Below the pieces are notes generated by a model that was given only the letters and a program-made list of their open reading frames with translations, was not told where the DNA came from and ran no database searches. From a virus, in IMG/VR virus record IMGVR_UViG_3300042731_008053: a DNA stretch of 64,000 bases; one strand, given 5' to 3'. A program made the position numbers and the translations under genes. Below are positions 1 to 7,488 of the stretch, piece by piece (positions within the stretch are counted from its first letter, which is position 1; the number at the start of each line of letters is the position of its first letter).

Positions 1-2227
1 CTGTAATGCAGTACGCGATGTAGTCCCGCTTAGCGATATTCGTCGCGATTTTGTCAGCAACGTCTCTATGCCAGGCCCAGACGACGACAGGCTCTTCACC
101 GGCAAGCACACGGGACGCCACGTCCACTGCCAACTTTGCCTTGTACTGCCCGATGAGGCGTCGAAACCGCACCATGTCGCCTGCGGCGACGCGGCGTTTA
201 CTCGGATCGCGAATTTTCTCGGCTGCAACTTCGAGCTTGAACAGCTGACTTTCTGTGAGGTCGGCCACCTCGACGGTTCGCTCCGACGGAGGTAGATCCT
301 CTAGTACGTCGCGCCATTCACGACGAATCATGACCTCAGCTATTCGTAGTTTGAATTCAGCTTCGTTCGAGCTACCATCGTAGCGTGTACCGTAGGCCGT
401 AAGCTTCGGGGCGCAGTATCGCTGAGCAAAATCGTAGTACGAATTCCAGGCTCCAGGGTTGACTACTGACAGAATTGTCCAAAGCCCGATGGGCCGATTC
501 CATAGCGGCGTGCCGGTCGCAGCGATGACACGCTCAGCGCGGGACGCAAGTAGAATTGCAGCCTGACTGCGTTTCGATCGACGGTTTTGTAGAATGTGCG
601 CTTCGTCGAATACGAGTGTTCCTGGACGGCGTAGACCCATATTCTGGTGAGCTTGGAGGATGTCGTAGTGGATGAAGATACACGGCGCATCGCTGATCTT
701 CGTCGGGTCATATTTTCGTCCCCGCAAGACGACAGGTTCGACGTCAGGCCAACGCCGTTTCATCCAACCGACCCAGACAGCACGTGTAGCCAGCGGTGCA
801 ACAATGACGAGAGGCCCGAGGCCCGGATCGTGGGACATCACGCTTGTGGCCGTGTTGTGCGTGACAATAAAGCCATCAGTGACGTAAAGCCCGCGCTTCG
901 TTGATACTTGGATGCAGCGCGTTTCTTTCTCACCAACGTACTCAACGCTTTCAAGGCCTCGCGCCAGGCGGCCCTTCGACCAGCGTTGCGTTTTTCGAGC
1001 CAACAGAAACGGGTTGGCGGGCAGCCGGATGTGAAGTCGATAAGACGGGCGCCCTTCACGTTTCTCGCCACGATACGAATACTGTGGCGCCGCCTTGTAG
1101 TAAACCGAGGCAAAACCTCCCAGGCTTTCAATCAACGCACGTACGTCATCTTTCAGACGTGTAGACACTGTATTGTACGACGTGATCCGCTCCTCGGTGA
1201 CGTCTCCGTCTGTGTCCATCAACCCGTGCAAGAGTGCTCGCCGCACAGGAACCGACGCGGAAAGATATTGGACTGGAATGAATTTGTCTTGTGCACCACA
1301 GCCCCACAACTTCAGCGCACGCAGTGCTGTCGTTAGCTTGTTTTCTTGCCCTGCTGGACTGGACAATCGCCAATCAACACCACCAGCAGCTTTGGGTACG
1401 ACGCCGTAAGCTGAGAGGGACGGACGAATGCGATCTAAAATCTCCCGCTCAGACGTTGAAATCTCGGGCGTGCCGCTGCGCAGCATGCCGTTTCCCAGCA
1501 AGCAACCCAACAAGTACGGTTCGACGAAGAGATCGGTATCTTCGCCTTCAGGCGGTCGGCACAAAGGTAAAAAGAAACGGCGGTTGCCGCGCCCCCACGA
1601 TCGGCTTGGCGTCTTGATCCAGAGGTTGTCTTTGAACGTTTTGAGCGCACGTGGACGCGGATCTCCGCCGCGCCACCGAGAATGCGCAGTATGCAACAAC
1701 CACAAATGATCTTCGTCGCACTCGGTACTCCGACCATCGCACGTCGTGACGCGGTAGACCCGTTGGCGTCCCCGAGGAAAAATATCTTCCACCACGCCTT
1801 CGCCACCGTCGGGATCAACGACTCGGCTGCCTACAATTAGATCGCCCATCGTTTTCCACCCTGTGGGCGTCAAAACGCATGCATCTAATGGCTGCCCTTT
1901 CCCCAGTCTCATCTGATCGGCCAGCAACGTCCCTCGTCGCGCATGGATAAACTCGCGACCTTCGTGTTGGTATGGACGCAGTTTGAACCCCAGTGGTTCT
2001 GTCGATGCATCTAGGCGACTACGCGCCGCCTGGTTCTCCAACGGCACGTTCAAAAACGGGTGCACTTCAGGGTGCGCTTGCGCCAGCAGGGGTAGATGAG
2101 AGCGGTGGACACCACCTGCACTGCCCAATAACGTCACGCCTGGTACGCCAGCCAGCTCCGGCAGCCATTCGGCGGGCACGACGAACCAGTCGGGTCGTCG
2201 AGCGAAAGGCGTGACGACGGGATTCAT
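1..2227 (-). CDS. SNF2-family DEAH-box helicase, N-terminal part (C-terminus runs off the left edge of the window); interrupted by an intein
   Basis: Manual translation of the reverse strand gives an open frame from ATG at complement(2225-2227) to the window edge with no stops. Motifs seen: RPYQHEG (Q motif), LADQMRLGK (P-loop), VIVAPLATRAVW (Ia), LVFDEAHILQN (DEAH box), AATGTPLWN (III), EPVVVWAWHRDVADKIA (IV region). The ORF track omits it because it lacks an in-window stop. Confidence 0.8.
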   Translation of the reverse strand, partial: MNPVVTPFARRPDWFVVPAEWLPELAGVPGVTLLGSAGGVHRSHLPLLAQAHPEVHPFLNVPLENQAARSRLDASTEPLGFKLRPYQHEGREFIHARRGTLLADQMRLGKGQPLDACVLTPTGWKTMGDLIVGSRVVDPDGGEGVVEDIFPRGRQRVYRVTTCDGRSTECDEDHLWLLHTAHSRWRGGDPRPRALKTFKDNLWIKTPSRSWGRGNRRFFLPLCRPPEGEDTDLFVEPYLLGCLLGNGMLRSGTPEISTSEREILDRIRPSLSAYGVVPKAAGGVDWRLSSPAGQENKLTTALRALKLWGCGAQDKFIPVQYLSASVPVRRALLHGLMDTDGDVTEERITSYNTVSTRLKDDVRALIESLGGFASVYYKAAPQYSYRGEKREGRPSYRLHIRLPANPFLLARKTQRWSKGRLARGLESVEYVGEKETRCIQVSTKRGLYVTDGFIVTHNTATSVMSHDPGLGPLVIVAPLATRAVWVGWMKRRWPDVEPVVLRGRKYDPTKISDAPCIFIHYDILQAHQNMGLRRPGTLVFDEAHILQNRRSKRSQAAILLASRAERVIAATGTPLWNRPIGLWTILSVVNPGAWNSYYDFAQRYCAPKLTAYGTRYDGSSNEAEFKLRIAEVMIRREWRDVLEDLPPSERTVEVADLTESQLFKLEVAAEKIRDPSKRRVAAGDMVRFRRLIGQYKAKLAVDVASRVLAGEEPVVVWAWHRDVADKIATNIAKRDYIAYCIT
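854..1879 (-). mobile_element. Intein (about 342 aa) with LAGLIDADG homing-endonuclease domain, inserted in the helicase P-loop region
   Basis: In-frame insertion between LGKGQPLDA and TATSVMSHDPGLGPLVIVAPL. Starts with Cys (CVLTPTGWKTMGDLIVGSRVV, block A-like). Contains EPYLLGCLLGNGML and LLHGLMDTDGDV (two LAGLIDADG motifs). Ends GLYVTDGFIVTHN followed by extein Thr (block G, HN/T). Confidence 0.65.
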
Positions 2228-2275
2228 GCCACTTAGCTATCACGTCGCGCTGACAACCGTTTTGCGTTCACGCAG

Positions 2276-2301
2276 CGTGTACATTTTTTTGTGTGTACAC
2301 G
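2276..2301. promoter_or_regulatory. Inverted repeat CGTGTACA-T7-GTG-TGTACACG in the divergent promoter region between the helicase and the VirE-like gene
   Basis: Two palindromic TGTACA cores 12 bp apart flanking a T7 run, in a 280-bp intergenic gap between divergently transcribed genes. Confidence 0.3.
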
Positions 2302-2506
2302 TTGTGGATAACTCCACGTTTTTGTCTATACATCGGTACCCTACGATTTCGCATGCCTGCAGCAACCTTGTGGACAACCGGCAAGACGCCAATCAACGGT
2401 TGACGGTCTGACTGTCAGTCGTGTTAGCTGCGCAGGCCGATGAGGACCGCTCGCTTGTGTCACACCAATTGTGTAAGGTCGATCGTCTCGCAGAAAGGAT
2501 CGACGC

Positions 2507-4135
2507 GTGTCGAACAACGTGATCCAGGGAAACTTCGGGACAACTGGACCAGCACAAACTACACCGCCCGGTGGAGGCGGGGGCAAAAGAGGCAGCGGTT
2601 CGTCTGCGGCGGTCAGCCGGTACGACGTCTGGACGCTCCGGCACAACAAAAAACGGTTCAAGACCAAGGACGCCGTTGTGCGCGCGTTGTTCAACTACAT
2701 CTGGAACCGCGAAGTCAACGTCGATGGCGGTTCGTTCATCCTGGCCGACGACGGGACGTGCTTTTTACTCACGGGCGACACCCACCAGCTCTATCGCGTT
2801 TCGGCCAAGGATCGCGATTTCTGCGCACACATCTGGTACAAGTACGGGCTGCTACAAACCGAGCAGGTCACACGTCACATCATGACCTCCATTGAACACT
2901 ACAGCCGTAAGCTCGGACGGCAACGCGAGCTGCGACGCTTCGTCCATTTTTGCAAGCGCACGTTGACACTCTACGTGTCCCGTTACGACGGCACGTGCTG
3001 GCGGATCGACGGCAGCGGCAAGTGGCGCGTGGTGCCGAACGGCACCGGTGGGGCACTGTTCATTGACGACGATGGTGGCGTTACGGTCGAAGATCCCCTT
3101 ATCGGCAACCACGGCGTGCTTTTGCCAACGCTGACCGAGGAGTTGAACTACGCCCCGAGCAACAACGGTATGGACGCTACGAGTCAAAAACTCGCGCTCA
3201 GCACGTGGCTGTTTGCGACAGCATTCCCGGATTTGATGCCCGCAAAACCCATGCTTCTGGTCGAAGGTGATCGCGGATCGGGCAAAACGACTGCGATCAA
3301 AATGATCCAGGTAGCTCTGCACGGAACGCTCAAGACGCACAACATCCGGCGCAACGACGAGAACGACTTTGCTATTTACGTACTTCGCTCGCCGTTGTGT
3401 TTACTCGACAACGCAGACTCGTTCGTGGACTGGCTTCAAGACACGCTGTGCACGTACGCTACGGGCGGCGTGTGGACACGTCGCAAACTGTTCACCGATT
3501 CAGATCAGGTCGAGCTGCGTCCGCAATCATTCATCGCGATTACCAGCCGCAACCCTGTCACGTTCAAACGCGACGACGTAGCCGATCGCTGCATCATCGT
3601 CCGCATGGGTCGCCGCACTGACTTCACACCCGAAGCGATCCTGATGCAGCAGATCGAAGACAAGCGCCACCTGCTGTATGGTGAGTGGCTCTGGTTTCTC
3701 GATCAGATCGTCAAACGCATCCGCGCGGGCGGCCTGAACAAGGTACCAGCCGGCTCGTTCCGCATGGCCGACTTCACGGCCATCGCACACGTCATCGGCA
3801 TGGCCATCGGCGCGACCAAGGACGAGGTCGCGACGATGCTCGAAGGCATGGAAGCCGAGCGCGACACGCTCGTCGCTGAGGGCGATCCTCTCCTCGACCT
3901 GCTCGACAAGTGGCTCGAAGACAGCCGCAATGTCGGCAAACCCATCACAGCCGCTGCACTCTTCAAAGCGTTGTCTGACATGGCGCGTGGTGGCAACCGG
4001 TCGTTCTACAAGTCACCGTCTACCCTCGCACAAAAGTTGCGACGCGACACGGTCTCGAAACACTTCGACGTCAGACAGGTCGGAGTGCAAGGAAACGCGA
4101 AGCTCTATGAAATCCGACGCAAGTCCGACAAGTAA
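2507..4135 (+). CDS. VirE-like / D5-type P-loop NTPase (primase-associated helicase-like)
   Basis: Walker A LLVEGDRGSGKTT, Walker B CLLDNADSF, then GGVWTRRKLFTD, FIAITSRNPV and ADRCIIVRMG, in the order and spacing typical of VirE (PF05272)-type NTPases of phages and plasmids. Confidence 0.6.
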   Translation: MSNNVIQGNFGTTGPAQTTPPGGGGGKRGSGSSAAVSRYDVWTLRHNKKRFKTKDAVVRALFNYIWNREVNVDGGSFILADDGTCFLLTGDTHQLYRVSAKDRDFCAHIWYKYGLLQTEQVTRHIMTSIEHYSRKLGRQRELRRFVHFCKRTLTLYVSRYDGTCWRIDGSGKWRVVPNGTGGALFIDDDGGVTVEDPLIGNHGVLLPTLTEELNYAPSNNGMDATSQKLALSTWLFATAFPDLMPAKPMLLVEGDRGSGKTTAIKMIQVALHGTLKTHNIRRNDENDFAIYVLRSPLCLLDNADSFVDWLQDTLCTYATGGVWTRRKLFTDSDQVELRPQSFIAITSRNPVTFKRDDVADRCIIVRMGRRTDFTPEAILMQQIEDKRHLLYGEWLWFLDQIVKRIRAGGLNKVPAGSFRMADFTAIAHVIGMAIGATKDEVATMLEGMEAERDTLVAEGDPLLDLLDKWLEDSRNVGKPITAAALFKALSDMARGGNRSFYKSPSTLAQKLRRDTVSKHFDVRQVGVQGNAKLYEIRRKSDK

Positions 4136-4406
4136 TCCCACCGCTGCTCAACTCATTCAGGACGCTCTCGAACAAGGTAACTACGTTGATCGTGAACGGA
4201 TGGCGCCCGTGTACGCTCAGCTCGCGATCGCTGAACGTCTACACGAGCTGACTATCGCCATCAACGAAGTCAATCGAACGTTGGCGGCCATGACCCTGGC
4301 TGGTCAAATGGATCTCGCCGTCAAAGGTGACGCCGTTAGAGTCGTAGGTGAGATTCTTCAAGGTGCTCTCAACGCCAACATGGTTGTGCACGAGGTTACG
4401 TCGTGA
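4107..4406 (+). CDS. hypothetical protein
   Basis: Internal ATG of ORF 3930-4406 lying just before the stop of the upstream gene; alpha-helical small protein. Confidence 0.35.
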   Translation: MKSDASPTSNPTAAQLIQDALEQGNYVDRERMAPVYAQLAIAERLHELTIAINEVNRTLAAMTLAGQMDLAVKGDAVRVVGEILQGALNANMVVHEVTS

Positions 4407-4684
4407 AAAACCTCACCCGCGTTGTCAATATGCACTTCGAGCGGTGCGATGTCATCGTCGATCGCTCGTCGATGTTCGGCAACCCGTTCAAGGCTGGTCG
4501 TGACGGCAATCGCCTTCAGGTCATCGAGCGGTACCGGAGTTGGTTCGTGAGCCGTCTTGCCGATCCAGCCTTTCACGCCGAGGCAGAAAAGCTCAAGGGC
4601 AAGGTGTTGGGTTGCCACTGCGTACCCAAGCCGTGCCATGCACACGTCATCGCTGCGTGGTGCAACGGGGAGCTGGCAGCATGA
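4403..4684 (+). CDS. DUF4326 family protein
   Basis: VVNM..CDVIVDRSSMFGNPF...IERYRSWF...LKGKVLGCHCVPKPCHAHVI matches the DUF4326 signature common in phages. ATGA overlap with the next gene. Confidence 0.7.
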   Translation: MKNLTRVVNMHFERCDVIVDRSSMFGNPFKAGRDGNRLQVIERYRSWFVSRLADPAFHAEAEKLKGKVLGCHCVPKPCHAHVIAAWCNGELAA

Positions 4685-4974
4685 GTCCCTATCACTGCCC
4701 AGGCTGCGGGCGACTTGTGGCGGATTGTTTGTGCGAAACACCCCACCCCAGAAGCCGCCGCGCGCTTCAGCAGCGGCTATCAACACGTCAGGGTGATGCA
4801 GCACCGGTCTACATGGATCTCATCCGGATCGAAGGCGTGGAGTTCGAGCGCACCGAAGTCGGCTCGCTCAAAATCCACGCACCCGGAGCGAAACCCAAGT
4901 ACGCGTCGGCTGCCAAGGCGCGCGATCTGTTGACGTTTTTACTCCAGAATTTTTCTGCGACGGGGGACGCATAG
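4681..4974 (+). CDS. hypothetical zinc-binding protein
   Basis: ATGA overlap with the DUF4326 gene; CPGCGRLVADCLCE cysteine cluster. Confidence 0.4.
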   Translation: MSPYHCPGCGRLVADCLCETPHPRSRRALQQRLSTRQGDAAPVYMDLIRIEGVEFERTEVGSLKIHAPGAKPKYASAAKARDLLTFLLQNFSATGDA

Positions 4975-4976
4975 CA

Positions 4977-5237
4977 ATGAAACCGTTGCCAGATGTCCTC
5001 GACGAGTGCCTCCCAGTCACAGCTGACACAGCTCGTCGCCGCGCTACCGCACCGAACTACCGCGTGGCTGTAAGGGTCACCCACACGATTGAGGTCGATG
5101 TCAAGGCCAAGCACAGCCGGGACGCTGCCCACGCAGCTGTGGATAAATTGAGGACAGCAAGAATCCGGATCGACGGGATCGAAGAGGAGATCTCAACACC
5201 AGAGATCGTTTCGGTACGAGCGCGCAGAATCGACTGA
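4977..5237 (+). CDS. hypothetical protein
   Basis: ORF track; starts 3 nt after the upstream stop. Confidence 0.4.
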   Translation: MKPLPDVLDECLPVTADTARRRATAPNYRVAVRVTHTIEVDVKAKHSRDAAHAAVDKLRTARIRIDGIEEEISTPEIVSVRARRID

Positions 5238-5297
5238 ATTTCGATCGCCAAAAACTTGCGTGATTAGATCGAAGCGTGTAGCAAAGACGGGTCGGGG

Positions 5298-5879
5298 ATG
5301 TTGGTCACCAAAAAACAAACTGTGACGGAAGAACGCGTTGTCACCGAGGACATCTTGTGCAACGTGTGCGGCGGCAGCTTGCTTCAGGGGGACTGCGGCC
5401 CGGAAGGTGTGGTCGAGCACGAAATGACGTGCGGCTACGACTCCCGTCTGTTCGGTGACATGACGCGCCTGAAGTTTTCCATTTGCGAGTCGTGCTTGTT
5501 CGAGTGGAGCCGCAACTGGAAGTACAGTCCGATCCATCCTACTGATGAGTGGTGGCGTTTTTGGAACGCGGGTTGCGTCTGTCGTCATCCTTCAGAGGGT
5601 TCTGAGTGCCCCGCTCTCGTTGAAGAAGACTGTCCCGTTCACGGTAACAGCGCACCTGGGGTAACACGCCTGCACTGCGACCCCACACCAAATTATTGCC
5701 TCAATCAGGACTACCGCTGCACGTGTCCTGGCAACCTTCTCGACAGTGTGTACTACCGCACTGCCATTAACCCTCGTTGTAACCAGCACGGCGAGCGTCG
5801 TCCAAGCGACGCGCGCAGCAAGGAAGGAACCGAAACCGATGACGAGAACCGTTCCCCAGTTCGCGATGACAGCCCGTGA
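5298..5879 (+). CDS. hypothetical Cys-rich protein
   Basis: 193-aa ORF with many CxxC pairs; SD-like GGGGA upstream. Confidence 0.5.
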   Translation: MLVTKKQTVTEERVVTEDILCNVCGGSLLQGDCGPEGVVEHEMTCGYDSRLFGDMTRLKFSICESCLFEWSRNWKYSPIHPTDEWWRFWNAGCVCRHPSEGSECPALVEEDCPVHGNSAPGVTRLHCDPTPNYCLNQDYRCTCPGNLLDSVYYRTAINPRCNQHGERRPSDARSKEGTETDDENRSPVRDDSP

Positions 5880-6234
5880 TGTTGTCCTGTTGCCCGACGT
5901 CCCGCAAGACGAACCCTTCATCGACTGGTTCGGTGTTCCACTTCACCGAGAACAGTTTGAGGGCGAAAACACGCTCGAAGCGTTCGCCGGCACCAGCGCG
6001 CCCCAAGGCGGTAACGTCGATCACGGTGCCCAGACCGTGTTGATGGTGAGCGATCTGGACGCCACAGCGTTCACGTCGATCCGGGTCTTGATGCACGAAG
6101 ATGCCGAAACGCCCAGTGGATTTGCAGTCATTCTCGGCGGCGACTCCGAGGCAGCAACGTTCGCTGACGCACTGGAGTTCGCGGCAAAAACGATCCGACG
6201 CCAGCTCAAACAGAACCACGCTGGTCAGGGTTGA
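5839..6234 (+). CDS. hypothetical protein
   Basis: Internal ATG of ORF 5746-6234 overlapping the end of the upstream gene; acidic protein. Confidence 0.4.
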   Translation: MTRTVPQFAMTARDVVLLPDVPQDEPFIDWFGVPLHREQFEGENTLEAFAGTSAPQGGNVDHGAQTVLMVSDLDATAFTSIRVLMHEDAETPSGFAVILGGDSEAATFADALEFAAKTIRRQLKQNHAGQG

Positions 6235-6430
6235 TCGATTTTGCAGTACTTCAAACCGATCGACACCCACGTGACGTATGCGCGCTGCGCTGAACCGTGG
6301 CGCCGCCACAGTCACGAGACCGGCACGTGTCGCGTCAGGAACACAGTCGCCCACATGGCCCTTCGGTAAACGGCAATGCGCTCAGAGATCTATGCTCACC
6401 TGGCGCCCGATGCGTTTGAGGGGGTGCGAC

Positions 6431-6459
6431 GTCTACCTGAGATGAATGCTGTTGGAAGA
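6431..6459 (+). promoter_or_regulatory. Conserved motif copy 1: GTCTACCTGAGATGAATGCTGTTGGAAGA
   Basis: One of three near-identical copies (see 6824 and 11375). Here the internal ATG opens only a 9-codon frame; the next gene starts 57 nt downstream. Confidence 0.5.
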
Positions 6460-6515
6460 TTGGCCGTGTGAGGTGTGCACTTCTTGCTGCTCTTGAACGG
6501 GGATCCAGGTAAGCC

Positions 6516-6854
6516 ATGGAACGGTACAAGACAACCCATGATCCAACCGGACGCGTATGGCAGATCGAAGATACGCTCGTCAGCGGGGGTCGCCAGCGCA
6601 ACAACCGAATCGTCGCCCAGAACCTCAACTACACTGACGCACATTGCATCGTCGATCTCCTGAATCTCGGCGACAACACCGAGCTGAAGCGTGACGTGGA
6701 AGTCTACAGCAACGCGCTGGCAGCAATCGTCGCGACAGGCGGCAAGGCACCTGAGTGGTATCGCCAAACGGCTGCGGATGCGTTCAGCCAACGCAACAAC
6801 GAACGGAACGCCGCCGCTGATACGTCTACCCGAGATGAATGCTGCCGGAAGTAA
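6516..6854 (+). CDS. hypothetical protein
   Basis: ORF track; the 3' end contains motif copy 2. Confidence 0.5.
   Translation: MERYKTTHDPTGRVWQIEDTLVSGGRQRNNRIVAQNLNYTDAHCIVDLLNLGDNTELKRDVEVYSNALAAIVATGGKAPEWYRQTAADAFSQRNNERNAAADTSTRDECCRK
6824..6851 (+). promoter_or_regulatory. Conserved motif copy 2: GTCTACCCGAGATGAATGCTGCCGGAAG
   Basis: 25/28 identical to copy 1. The ATG at 6835 is in frame with the downstream gene. Confidence 0.5.
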
Positions 6855-7464
6855 ACGGATCATGCCGCCCTGGAAGGGTTTGGGGCTCCGTGCCTACCCT
6901 GAAGCGGTCGATGACGCCCTTTCGCGAAAACTGGATTGTGCGCGCGTCTGTGCATTGATCGGCAACGCCGAAGATCGATGGCTGATGGGCAAGGTCGCTA
7001 TGACGAACACGTGGGACACGTACATGTTGTTCCATCTCACGAATGACAGCGCTGCGTTGCTGTCGTGGGTCAACGCGGCCCGTGGACGTGAGTGTCGAAC
7101 CTACGATTGGAAACTGGCTGAAGGATCGCTGTTGGATCTCTGGGAGACGCTTCCCACGACTGTTCAACGCCAGCTAATCACCGTGCCTTTGTTTCGTCTC
7201 AAAGAGGACGCTACGCCCCCGGATGGTTTGGCCGCTGCTGCCGCTGTCATTGACACTGTCGAACTCAACTTGCTTTCAGCCCTTCCACTTCAACCTGTCG
7301 CACGCACTCACAACCGATACCAACACCCGTTCGATCTGGCGTGGGCGCTCTACCTCAATTCGTTCTATCCGGGGAAACGGTTGTGGGTCGAGCGCACCGA
7401 TAAAAACCGCGTCGTTCACAAAGAGTACACACAGACCAACGTCAGCACGTTCTACAACGATTGA
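6835..7464 (+). CDS. hypothetical protein (alternative start 6862)
   Basis: Frame of ORF 6691-7464. The first ATG lies inside motif copy 2 (MNAAGSKRIMPPW...); no recognised domain. Confidence 0.5.
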   Translation: MNAAGSKRIMPPWKGLGLRAYPEAVDDALSRKLDCARVCALIGNAEDRWLMGKVAMTNTWDTYMLFHLTNDSAALLSWVNAARGRECRTYDWKLAEGSLLDLWETLPTTVQRQLITVPLFRLKEDATPPDGLAAAAAVIDTVELNLLSALPLQPVARTHNRYQHPFDLAWALYLNSFYPGKRLWVERTDKNRVVHKEYTQTNVSTFYND

Positions 7465-7488
7465 TCGATCGAACCCAAAGGAGAATCC

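Noticed and set aside
2228-2506. Scan of all intergenic gaps (2228-2506, 6235-6515, 13435-13664, 41173-41990, 47242-47545, 55603-55739) for tRNA genes
   Set aside because: No segment with a recognisable T-loop (GGTTCGAATCC-like) plus acceptor-stem complementarity could be identified by eye. tRNAscan-SE or ARAGORN should be run to confirm absence.
6442-6470. The conserved ATGAATGCTG motif as a conserved protein N-terminus (MNAVG...)
   Set aside because: In copy 1 the ATG frame terminates after 9 codons and the real gene begins 57 nt downstream in another frame, so conservation is in the nucleic acid, not the peptide.
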